Shown one piece after another: positions 29,501 to 37,529 of a DNA stretch of 56,740 nt (position 1 is the stretch's first letter; each line of letters starts with the position of its first letter). A program made the translations under genes and the position numbers. The notes beneath the pieces are model-generated. The model saw nothing but the letters and a program-made list of their open reading frames with translations, was not told where the DNA came from and ran no database searches. This DNA comes from a virus. Taxonomy: Duplodnaviria; Caudoviricetes. The DNA is taken from positions 1 through 56,740 of IMG/VR virus record IMGVR_UViG_3300032278_003763, one strand, 5' to 3'.

Positions 29501-30230
29501 GCCTCAGAAAAGAAAGAGAAGCATTTATACTTCTGCGCGTGGGTGGTCTCCTACAGAATTTACTGTCGAGTATTCGGTCGGAGCCGTTTGCTCGTACAGA
29601 GGACCATTACTTTATGAGGTTTGGAAAGACGGTGAGGGCCTCTTATATTGGGTGATATTAAACCAAGTCGTCGATCATCATGTTCTAGAAGATTCGTCCT
29701 TGATAGAGCGAATACTAAAATACTCCCAAGAAGACAATTGGGTCGTTGAGACTTTTCTTATCGAAGAAAATTGCTGTATAACAAAATTTTATCCTAATTA
29801 TTTTCCTGTTTTTATCAACAATTCCCACGAACCTTTATACGGTAAGAAAAAAAGAGAAGAGAGAGAGCAAGCTAGGGTTTCTTATTTTACTGATCAAAAC
29901 AGAAAAGATTTTCGTCTTAAGGCTATAGATCAATATAAGATGTTTTCGGATCGTACAAACTGTTTTTTTGAAGACGTTGCAATCAATAATTTTTTAGCTT
30001 CCGAAGACTTTAAAGATATTAAAATCATCGACGTGTGTTCTATACAGCCGGGCCATATCACAGACCAAGTAGCCAAGGTAGACTCAAATAATGACCGGGT
30101 TTTGCGGGTGATGTCGCAATGGGATACAGTCTTAACTCGTGAACCTTGCTTTGACAAGACTCCCCCAGACGTTGTTCGTTGGACGAAAGACTATAAGGAA
30201 TTTAGAAAATGGCTATTAATACAGGAGTAA
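29487..30230 (+). CDS. Hypothetical protein with protein-kinase-like catalytic motifs
   Basis: FFEDVAINNFL (DxxxxN loop) followed by IKIIDVCS (DFG-equivalent). Confidence 0.4.
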   Translation: METIKPQKRKRSIYTSARGWSPTEFTVEYSVGAVCSYRGPLLYEVWKDGEGLLYWVILNQVVDHHVLEDSSLIERILKYSQEDNWVVETFLIEENCCITKFYPNYFPVFINNSHEPLYGKKKREEREQARVSYFTDQNRKDFRLKAIDQYKMFSDRTNCFFEDVAINNFLASEDFKDIKIIDVCSIQPGHITDQVAKVDSNNDRVLRVMSQWDTVLTREPCFDKTPPDVVRWTKDYKEFRKWLLIQE

Positions 30231-30406
30231 TCATTTTAGAGAATAAAGATCTTGTCTACACTAAGCCTAGTTGCAGATTAGAGATTGAAGATAACATAGG
30301 AGAAGGCATACATATCCATTATAAAAATTTTAGGCTTGACTATACAATCGAGGAATTCCTCAATTTTTCTAACGCGTGTGAGGAGGCCTTAGCATCAATC
30401 AAATGA
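30209..30406 (+). CDS. Small hypothetical protein, paralog of 28687-28890
   Basis: IEDNIGEGIHIHYKNFRLDYTIEEF; overlaps both neighbouring genes. Confidence 0.65.
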   Translation: MAINTGVIILENKDLVYTKPSCRLEIEDNIGEGIHIHYKNFRLDYTIEEFLNFSNACEEALASIK

Positions 30407-31413
30407 GCAAGACTGGTTTAATATTGGAAGAGCACGTTACGGGGGTTAATCAGATTTTACCTCATAAGCATCAATTTGCTTGGGATCTATTTCTGAAGGG
30501 CGTTGCAAACAATTGGTCTCCAGCAGAGGTAAACATGACCGAGGACGTTGACCAGTGGAAAAGCGGTGCTCTTACGGATGATGAAAAGCTACTTGTTAAA
30601 CGCTGTTTAGGTTTTTTTGCAGGCACGGAGTCTTTAGTAGGGAATAATTTGCTGTTAACAGTTAACAGGTGGGTGACTGATGCGGAGTGCAGTCAATATA
30701 TACTCAGGCAGGCCTACGAAGAATCTTTACACAACTGGACTATCGTTACCTGTTGCGACAGCTACGGATTGAAGGTGTCAGAGGTCTACGAGGCCTATTT
30801 GAATATCCCCAGCATCAAAGCCAAGGACGATTTTTTAATGGAGATAACGACTGATGTTAATAGACAAGATTTTTCGACGAGAACCACGGAAGGCAAGAGA
30901 GAATTTCTTCGCAACTTAATTACTTATTATATGGTATGTGAAGGCACGTTTTTCTTTAGCGGCTTCGCTATGCTATTGGCCTTAGGCAGACAAAATAAAC
31001 TCCCCGGCCTGTCTGATCAAATTCGATATACCCTAAGAGACGAGAGTTTGCACATACAGTTTGGAACTTACCTAATCAATACGATAAAAGAGCAATACCC
31101 ATCGGTGTGGACAAAGAAATTTGAGCAAGAGACCGTTGAGCACATAAAGAAAGCGGTAGAGCTCGAAGTCCAATATGCACATGACGTTCTTCCTCGGGGT
31201 ATTTTGGGATTAAATGCTGACATGTTTGTCGATTATATGAAATATATAGGCAATCGGCGGTTAGAGAGCATTGATATAGACTTTCGTTTCGATAGCGACG
31301 ACAACCCATTTCCTTGGTTATCAGAAGTGGTAGATATAGGCGCAATGACTAACTTTTTCGAAAGAAAGGTCAAAGATTATCAAAGCTCAGGGGTTTTAGA
31401 AGACGATTTTTAA
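30403..31413 (+). CDS. nrdB: Ribonucleotide reductase beta subunit, class Ic-like (radical Tyr absent)
   Basis: Ferritin-fold ligands E76, E107xxH110, EGTFFFSGF and DESLH, plus C-terminal NFFERKVKDY. Ile114 sits at the radical-Tyr position. Confidence 0.93.
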   Translation: MSKTGLILEEHVTGVNQILPHKHQFAWDLFLKGVANNWSPAEVNMTEDVDQWKSGALTDDEKLLVKRCLGFFAGTESLVGNNLLLTVNRWVTDAECSQYILRQAYEESLHNWTIVTCCDSYGLKVSEVYEAYLNIPSIKAKDDFLMEITTDVNRQDFSTRTTEGKREFLRNLITYYMVCEGTFFFSGFAMLLALGRQNKLPGLSDQIRYTLRDESLHIQFGTYLINTIKEQYPSVWTKKFEQETVEHIKKAVELEVQYAHDVLPRGILGLNADMFVDYMKYIGNRRLESIDIDFRFDSDDNPFPWLSEVVDIGAMTNFFERKVKDYQSSGVLEDDF

Positions 31414-31423
31414 TTTTTTTTTC

Positions 31424-31451
31424 TTGAATTTTTATGAAAGTATACTACTCT
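31424..31451 (+). promoter_or_regulatory. Possible sigma70-type promoter (TTGAAT-16-TACTCT)
   Basis: Lies upstream of the lipoprotein gene 31468. Confidence 0.4.
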
Positions 31452-31467
31452 TAGACAGTTCTAAACA

Positions 31468-31650
31468 ATGAAAACATTAGTAACATTAACAGTAGGGGCA
31501 CTGCTTTTCGCAGTGTCAGGTTGTTCGAGTACAGTAGCACTTGGCCCACAGGCGAACAAGGACCAAGTCGTCGGTGCCAGCTTAGGGGCAGACGGAGCAA
31601 GCGTTACCGTCCCCCTCCTAAAAGCTACGGTCGGTAAAGATTCTGACTAA
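31468..31650 (+). CDS. Small lipoprotein
   Basis: MK, a hydrophobic core and the lipobox VSG-C19. Confidence 0.75.
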   Translation: MKTLVTLTVGALLFAVSGCSSTVALGPQANKDQVVGASLGADGASVTVPLLKATVGKDSD

Positions 31651-31670
31651 AAGCGACAGGTAAAAACACG

Positions 31671-31699
31671 CCCTTACGTTTTACGTAAGGGTTTTTTTT
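31671..31699 (+). terminator. Rho-independent terminator
   Basis: Perfect 9-bp stem CCCTTACGT-TTT-ACGTAAGGG followed by T8. Confidence 0.9.
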
Positions 31700-31705
31700 A
31701 TATCA

Positions 31706-31713
31706 AGTGTAAT
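31706..31713 (+). promoter_or_regulatory. AGTGTAAT motif (putative late promoter)
   Basis: Immediately after the terminator and 7 nt before ATG 31721. Confidence 0.55.
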
Positions 31714-31720
31714 AACAGCC

Positions 31721-31828
31721 ATGGATACAGAGACTGTTGTGGCCTATTTAATCATATTCTGTCCGATTGCCATGCTTATAGGAGTATCCATATGGCTAGC
31801 TTGGAAAGATAAGGATAGATTCGACTAA
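31721..31828 (+). CDS. 35-aa single-pass membrane peptide (not in ORF track)
   Basis: MDTETVVAYLIIFCPIAMLIGVSIWLAWKDKDRFD*: one TM helix with a charged tail, preceded by the motif above. Confidence 0.6.
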   Translation: MDTETVVAYLIIFCPIAMLIGVSIWLAWKDKDRFD

Positions 31829-31847
31829 GCTTTATGTAAAAACTATT

Positions 31848-32132
31848 ATGGATTACCAAATTCTTGTAAATATTTCGGTCGGAATCATAACGCTCATGGG
31901 TGGGTGGATTTTTAAGATGATTCTTGGGACTCTAAACGAAATCAAGGGCGAGCACCACGACCTAATGAAAAATCACCATGCAGATATCGACAAACTAAGA
32001 GAAAAGCACACGCAATTAGCCCTTTCTCTTCCCAAAGAATATGTTAGTAGGGAAGACTTCAAGATGTTCTCCGAAAGGATGAATGACAGATTCGATCGCT
32101 TGGAAGAAAAAATAGACAGTCTTAAGGGTTAA
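31848..32132 (+). CDS. Membrane-anchored coiled-coil protein (holin-like candidate)
   Basis: N-terminal TM (ILVNISVGIITLMGGWIF) and coiled coil ending EYVSREDF...RFDRLEEKID; TGTAAA lies 7 nt upstream. Confidence 0.55.
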   Translation: MDYQILVNISVGIITLMGGWIFKMILGTLNEIKGEHHDLMKNHHADIDKLREKHTQLALSLPKEYVSREDFKMFSERMNDRFDRLEEKIDSLKG

Positions 32133-32138
32133 AATTTC

Positions 32139-32167
32139 TTGATTTTCTTTTATGGTTAAGCTAAAAT
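32139..32167 (+). promoter_or_regulatory. sigma70-type promoter TTGATT-17-TAAAAT driving the glycan cluster
   Basis: Near-consensus elements; ATG 32174 is 6 nt after the -10 (leaderless geometry). Confidence 0.65.
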
Positions 32168-32173
32168 TTGACC

Positions 32174-32905
32174 ATGAAGAACTTTGTGCCTAGGGTTTCC
32201 CTTATCACCTCCGTGTTTAAGGGGGAGCAGTTTATAAAAGAATTTTTTGTCGATATAACCAGACAGACTATCTTTTCTGACTGTCAGCTGGTTTTAGTTG
32301 CCCCAGAATTAGCTGACGACGCCCCAGAGAGAGCGGCCATAGACATCTATACTTCTAAATATGAGAATATCAAATTTATAGAACTAGAATCAGACCCCGG
32401 CATTTATGAATGCTGGAACATAGGTATAAGAGCTTCTTCCTCTCGGTATATTACTAACGCAAACCTAGACGACAGAAAGCATCCTTGTTTTTTGGAAAGG
32501 CTTTGGCTTGAGTTAGAAACTCATCAGGACGTAGATTTAGTTTATGCGCCCTGCTTAATGACGACCACGCCAAATGAATCTTTTGAGTTTAATTCGTCGA
32601 GAAACATATACCCCTGTTATGAGTTTGATGGAGTGAGGGGGTTATTGAAACACAACTCTCCTCATTGTAATCCCATGTGGAGGAGGAGCCTACACGAAGA
32701 ATATGGCTTTTTTGATAAAGAGTTCAGGTCTGCTGGGGATCACGAAATGTGGCTTAGGGCGGTTTCTCAGGGGTCAATATTTAAGCAGGTCAAACAGCCA
32801 TTGTCCTTATATTATTTTAACCCCAAGGGCATATCAACCAACCCCGAACATAACGTGTGGAAGGCGGAAGAAGAAAGACTAGTAAGAGAAAAATATATAC
32901 AATGA
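32174..32905 (+). CDS. Glycosyltransferase family 2
   Basis: VSLITSVF, GIYECWNIGI, YITNANLDD, PMWRRSLH and GDHEMWLR. Confidence 0.88.
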   Translation: MKNFVPRVSLITSVFKGEQFIKEFFVDITRQTIFSDCQLVLVAPELADDAPERAAIDIYTSKYENIKFIELESDPGIYECWNIGIRASSSRYITNANLDDRKHPCFLERLWLELETHQDVDLVYAPCLMTTTPNESFEFNSSRNIYPCYEFDGVRGLLKHNSPHCNPMWRRSLHEEYGFFDKEFRSAGDHEMWLRAVSQGSIFKQVKQPLSLYYFNPKGISTNPEHNVWKAEEERLVREKYIQ

Positions 32906-33717
32906 TATTAGTAACGGTAACCAATCAGAATTTTGCTGCTTCTACTTTTAATTTAATAGAAAGCTATAAGTATTTTTCTTTTGATAAGCACATAGTAGTT
33001 TACGATTTTGGGCTTAATAAAACCTCTGTAGATCTTTTAAATAAAACTTATGGAGATCAAATTTCAGTAAAAAGCGTTGAGCCTGTTTGTCCTCATTCTC
33101 ACAAGCCTAGGACTTTTTTTTATAAGACTTTCGCTATTAAAGGGGCTTCTGAGCTAGGCGAGGACTTTATTTATTCAGACGCCGCCAACGCTTTCGTAGC
33201 TGAGTCTACCCACCTTTATGAAGACGTTAAAAAACAGGGAAGGCTTTTCTTACCCTATACAGCGGAGGGCCTTACCAACAAATACTGGACGACTCAAAAA
33301 TGTTTTACCAAAATGGGTTGCGATAGCCCAGAGTATTACAACGCGCCCCAATATTGGGCTGGTTTTCAGGCTTATTTAAGCAACCAGAATAATAAAGATT
33401 TTATATCTGAGATGTATGACTACATGCTTGATCCGGATATCGCCGAGCCAGACACAACTGTGAGCAGGCCAGATGGACAGGGCAACCCATGCATAGAGCA
33501 CAGGCAGGACCAATCAGTGTTGTCCTTGCTTATCAAAAAATGGGAGTGGGATCAAAAGTATGATGAAACAATAAATAATCGATACGGGGACGTTTCGACG
33601 TTTTCTGATTGGGAAAATGATTTTGATTACGACCTAGACAGCATAGTCTTATCAGCAAGATTTTCGAAGTTCGGGCACTGTAGATATGTAAAGCCGGAGA
33701 TTTTACAGAAATTATGA
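32902..33717 (+). CDS. Putative GT-A fold glycosyltransferase
   Basis: VVYDFGL, FFYK, IYSDA, QYWAG and EHRQDQSVLSLL. The ATG at 32902 overlaps the upstream stop. Confidence 0.65.
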   Translation: MILVTVTNQNFAASTFNLIESYKYFSFDKHIVVYDFGLNKTSVDLLNKTYGDQISVKSVEPVCPHSHKPRTFFYKTFAIKGASELGEDFIYSDAANAFVAESTHLYEDVKKQGRLFLPYTAEGLTNKYWTTQKCFTKMGCDSPEYYNAPQYWAGFQAYLSNQNNKDFISEMYDYMLDPDIAEPDTTVSRPDGQGNPCIEHRQDQSVLSLLIKKWEWDQKYDETINNRYGDVSTFSDWENDFDYDLDSIVLSARFSKFGHCRYVKPEILQKL

Positions 33718-34439
33718 GCAAGGAGAAGGGCATAGTGTTCGTGACTCACTTGGGGGTAGGCGATCAGATAATATGTAACGGCATTGTCGTCAATTTATTG
33801 AAAGATTATGACGAAGTCATCCTACCCATAACGTCACGGACGTTGTGTTCGATTGAGAGGATGTATAAAGGGTTAAACGTTAGGTGCATTGACGGTAATA
33901 CGGACGACGACGTTACGTCTATCATACGCAAGCTTCAGTCCGAAGGATATAGTTTTTTAAAAATTGGGGCGTGGGGTGACCATTTTATGGTGGACGACAT
34001 GCCTTTCTCTGAGTCTTTTTATGACCAAGCAGGGATACCTTTTAGCGAGTCCTTTGACTCTTTTCATTTGATTAGAAACGAGGAAGAAGAAGAGAGTCTG
34101 TACAACCGCTATCAACCATCGGGTAAATATGCGTTTTTGCATCAAGATTCGCCTAGAGGACTTAACGTGTCATTTGATAAACACGCGCCAACCGAGGGCT
34201 TAGCTGTTGTTGAGCCCGACTTCAATTTGGAGAAGCCGTCTTCGGACTATTGTAAACTGATAGAGGGGGCTGAGGAAGTACATTGCATAGATAGTTCTTT
34301 CGCTCTTTTAATAGATAGACTGCCCGAAACACCAAACCAAAAACTGTTTTTACATAGATATGTAAGATGGGATAGCTCGAAGGGGAACCAGCAAGGCGCA
34401 CCGACGACTTACAGGAAGCCTTGGGAAGTAATTTTATAA
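33714..34439 (+). CDS. Putative glycosyltransferase (GT-B-like)
   Basis: HLGVGDQIICNG and IEGAEEVHCIDSSF motifs; lies within the operon. Confidence 0.55.
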   Translation: MSKEKGIVFVTHLGVGDQIICNGIVVNLLKDYDEVILPITSRTLCSIERMYKGLNVRCIDGNTDDDVTSIIRKLQSEGYSFLKIGAWGDHFMVDDMPFSESFYDQAGIPFSESFDSFHLIRNEEEEESLYNRYQPSGKYAFLHQDSPRGLNVSFDKHAPTEGLAVVEPDFNLEKPSSDYCKLIEGAEEVHCIDSSFALLIDRLPETPNQKLFLHRYVRWDSSKGNQQGAPTTYRKPWEVIL

Positions 34440-34465
34440 TAGACTTCTTTAAACAAATATATATT

Positions 34466-35236
34466 ATGAATATGAGCAAGAAGATATTAGTAGTGTCTCA
34501 CGAAAGGGCTGGCACGCATTTCTTAATTAACTCTTTGGCTTGCAATTTTGGTTTAGAGTTCATGCCTAGAAACATCCCCGTACTAAGTCAGAACGCGCAA
34601 GCTTCAGCAGGCGGGCCAGAAGACTACCAAAAACTTACAGCGTTATTCCTAGAAGGTTTAGCTTCCGAAGCTTACAGCCCCACTAAAGAAGTGGTTTTTA
34701 AAAGTCATCATGACATTTTTTATTATGAGTCAATCCCTCAAGAGTTTCTTGAAGAAAATTTTATAATTTTTTATATACATAGAGAAGTTAAAGATACCAT
34801 GAATAGCTTATGGTACTACTTCAGAAGCAATCACCATCAGGGAGACTTTGTCCCTACTGAGGACCCGGAGGAGTTCCCCTTCTATGAAAAGCCTTCCAAG
34901 CATGTTTTTGATAGAGACTATTCTTATCTAGAAGCGAACAATTTAGTGGAAAGATGGAAATATCACCACGAAGGATGGATGGATTCTAGCCTCCCCTCTC
35001 TTAAGATTTCTTACGAAGAGCTACATTCTGATTTTAATGGCAGTTTAGACCAAGTAGCAGGCGTTCTTAATCTAGATAAGACTTCTTGGCATCGGCCCGG
35101 ATTACGTGAGTTTGTGTCTCATAGCCCTTGGAGGGGAGCTATCGGAGATTGGGTGAATTTATTCTCGGAAGAAACCGGAGGGAAAATAGACGCAATAGTT
35201 AACGATGAAAATATCAGTAGGTACAATATTATTTAA
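34466..35236 (+). CDS. Sulfotransferase (Sulfotransfer_1-like)
   Basis: 5'-PSB-like SHERAGTHFL, KSH, 3'-PB YIHREVKDTMNS, SYEEL and RGAIGDWVNLFS. Confidence 0.85.
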   Translation: MNMSKKILVVSHERAGTHFLINSLACNFGLEFMPRNIPVLSQNAQASAGGPEDYQKLTALFLEGLASEAYSPTKEVVFKSHHDIFYYESIPQEFLEENFIIFYIHREVKDTMNSLWYYFRSNHHQGDFVPTEDPEEFPFYEKPSKHVFDRDYSYLEANNLVERWKYHHEGWMDSSLPSLKISYEELHSDFNGSLDQVAGVLNLDKTSWHRPGLREFVSHSPWRGAIGDWVNLFSEETGGKIDAIVNDENISRYNII

Positions 35237-36062
35237 CGCGGAGTCGTGTTTACCCAAAAACATGCTTAACGCGTGGCTTGCGCAAGCTTATGATATAGCA
35301 GACCAAATTCTCATAACCGAAGGAGCCACAAGAGCCAAGAACCATTATTTCGATGGGGACGCTTCTTCTATGACCGAAGACGGAAAGTCTACAGACGAAA
35401 CCATAGAAATAATCAGAAGCTTTCCTGATCCAGAAAGAAAAATTTTACTTTTTCAAAGTAATGATTTTTGGGACGGTAAGACTACGATGTGTAACGCTTG
35501 GAATGATCACGTTACTGGTGATTACTTATGGTTCATATCCAGCGACGAATTTTACTTAGAGGAAGATATAGGAAAGATATTGAAGCTATTAGAAGACGAA
35601 GAGCCGGACCAAGTAGACTTTTTTGCCGATCATTTTTGGGGCGATTTTAATCATTGCGTTGATGAAAGAATGGACGGTTCTTGGGGTAACGATATCCCTT
35701 GGGAGAGAATTTTTAAACATATTCCGGGCTCTAAGTGGGAGAGACATGAGCCGCCTAGATATCTCCATCCAGACGGAGCCCTGACCATAGACAAAAAATT
35801 GATGGACAAATACAAAACGCTGGCTATGGGAATTAAGCTAAAGCATTATGCTTATGTGTGCGAACAGCAAGTAGATTTTAAAACAAAGTTTTATAAAGAT
35901 CAATCATGCAGGAGACTGTGGGACGAGTGGCAAAAAGATCACGAGGTAAGGATTGTTCAAGGCTCCAAAACGTTTAAATACTCTTCGGCTCACCCAGAGA
36001 GCATAAGGAATTATGTTATTCCATTAATCCACGATGAAAAAAAAAGTAATAGTAGCGGGTAA
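35205..36062 (+). CDS. Glycosyltransferase family 2-like
   Basis: ILITEGA...STDETIEII, YLWFISSDEFY and KHYAY. Confidence 0.75.
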   Translation: MKISVGTILFNAESCLPKNMLNAWLAQAYDIADQILITEGATRAKNHYFDGDASSMTEDGKSTDETIEIIRSFPDPERKILLFQSNDFWDGKTTMCNAWNDHVTGDYLWFISSDEFYLEEDIGKILKLLEDEEPDQVDFFADHFWGDFNHCVDERMDGSWGNDIPWERIFKHIPGSKWERHEPPRYLHPDGALTIDKKLMDKYKTLAMGIKLKHYAYVCEQQVDFKTKFYKDQSCRRLWDEWQKDHEVRIVQGSKTFKYSSAHPESIRNYVIPLIHDEKKSNSSG

Positions 36063-36660
36063 AGGCATACTCGCCATCGAAGTTGCGGATTGGTTTTTGC
36101 AAACAGAGAACTATGACCTGTCCGAGGTAGTTCCCGTCGTGCCTGAGCCAGACTGGTGCGACAGCTTATCCAAATGGGGCCGGGAAAAGAAAGTGTCCGT
36201 CATTAAATCAGGAGACCACAGAAAGTGCAAAACTAAAGATGTAGATTTATTTGTTTCTGTTTTCTACGACAAGATAATCAAAAAAGATTTTATAGATTCA
36301 TGCCGCAAGATTATAAACATTCATAACGGACCGCTGCCCCTTTACAGGGGGGTCAGGCCGATAAATTGGGCCCTGAAGAACAAGGAAAGCTCTCACGGCG
36401 TGACTATACACGAAATCACCCCCGGGATAGATGATGGGCCCATATACGGACAAGTTATTTACCCCATTTATCCAGAAGAAGAAGTGGAAGACGTTTATCT
36501 TAAGTCTCTGGGCTATGCTTTCGCTTTGTTCTCGGACGTGATCTCGAAGATAGATTTAATCGATGCTGTTCCTCAGAGGGGAGACTCTTCTTACTACTCA
36601 ATAAAGGACGATGCCCGCCTCGGCGACAGGAAAGACTGGAGGAGAACTAGGGAAGAATGA
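36034..36660 (+). CDS. Sugar N-formyltransferase (formyl_trans_N)
   Basis: INIHNGPLPLYRG..PINWAL and GVTIHEITPGIDDGPI; lacks the Fmt C-terminal domain; nucleotide-sugar context. Confidence 0.85.
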   Translation: MKKKVIVAGKGILAIEVADWFLQTENYDLSEVVPVVPEPDWCDSLSKWGREKKVSVIKSGDHRKCKTKDVDLFVSVFYDKIIKKDFIDSCRKIINIHNGPLPLYRGVRPINWALKNKESSHGVTIHEITPGIDDGPIYGQVIYPIYPEEEVEDVYLKSLGYAFALFSDVISKIDLIDAVPQRGDSSYYSIKDDARLGDRKDWRRTREE

Positions 36661-37529
36661 AAATAGGAATAATAGGTTTAGGGTATTGGGGGAAAAATAT
36701 TTTTAACGTCCTTTCTAAGACGGACCACGAGTTAATCTTGTGCGACCCCTTTTTGACCAATAAGGATCCTTATTCGGGGTATTCATTTCGTGAGGATTAT
36801 AGACTGCTCAATTGTGACGTAGTCTTTGTCATTACCCCGACCTCGACACACCATGAGGTGTGCAAGTATTTTTTATCTGAAGGCACTTCCGTCTTCTGTG
36901 AAAAGCCGTTGTGCCTATCTGTTGAAGAAGTGGAAGATCTATATAAGACCGCGGAAAACAACCAGTGTTATCTTATGACTGATTGGATTTTCTCCTTTAA
37001 TGATGAGCTTAATTTTATCAAATCAGAGTTTGAGAGCGGAGAATTTGGAGGCATTAAGAGCGCTTTTTGCGAGAGACTGAACCTAGGGCCAGTGAGAACT
37101 GACACCAACGCTCGTTGGGATTTAAGTTCTCACGATGTTTCAATAATCACTTATCTTTTTAATGAAATGCCTCATCGTGTTTGTTGGCTGGATACGCGCA
37201 GAAATCCGTCGTCTCAGCTATGCGATACAAGCATTGGCGTCATAACATATAGTAATTTTTATGCTTCGATTCATTCTAGCTGGGAGTACGAAAAAAAGAG
37301 AAGCAGGAAGCTAACGTTTGAGTTTGATCATTGCGTGGTCGAGTGGGACGACGCTGAGAGAACTGTAAAGCGGGACGGAATTATCATAGCAAAAGAATTA
37401 TCCGACACTTCTCCTTTGGAGTATTCTATTTCGTCTTTTCTTTCTATAGAATCAATGCTTTACAGGTTTCAAAAGGAATTAACTTATAAAACCACTTTAA
37501 TTTTATGCAGGTCAAGTTTAACAATCTAA
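36657..37529 (+). CDS. Gfo/Idh/MocA-family NAD-dependent oxidoreductase
   Basis: IGIIGLGYWG, VFCEKPL and WDLSSHD. Confidence 0.9.
   Translation: MKIGIIGLGYWGKNIFNVLSKTDHELILCDPFLTNKDPYSGYSFREDYRLLNCDVVFVITPTSTHHEVCKYFLSEGTSVFCEKPLCLSVEEVEDLYKTAENNQCYLMTDWIFSFNDELNFIKSEFESGEFGGIKSAFCERLNLGPVRTDTNARWDLSSHDVSIITYLFNEMPHRVCWLDTRRNPSSQLCDTSIGVITYSNFYASIHSSWEYEKKRSRKLTFEFDHCVVEWDDAERTVKRDGIIIAKELSDTSPLEYSISSFLSIESMLYRFQKELTYKTTLILCRSSLTI

Noticed and set aside
36034-36660. Methionyl-tRNA formyltransferase (fmt) call
   Set aside because: The protein is too short, lacks the C-terminal tRNA-binding domain, and sits in a nucleotide-sugar operon.
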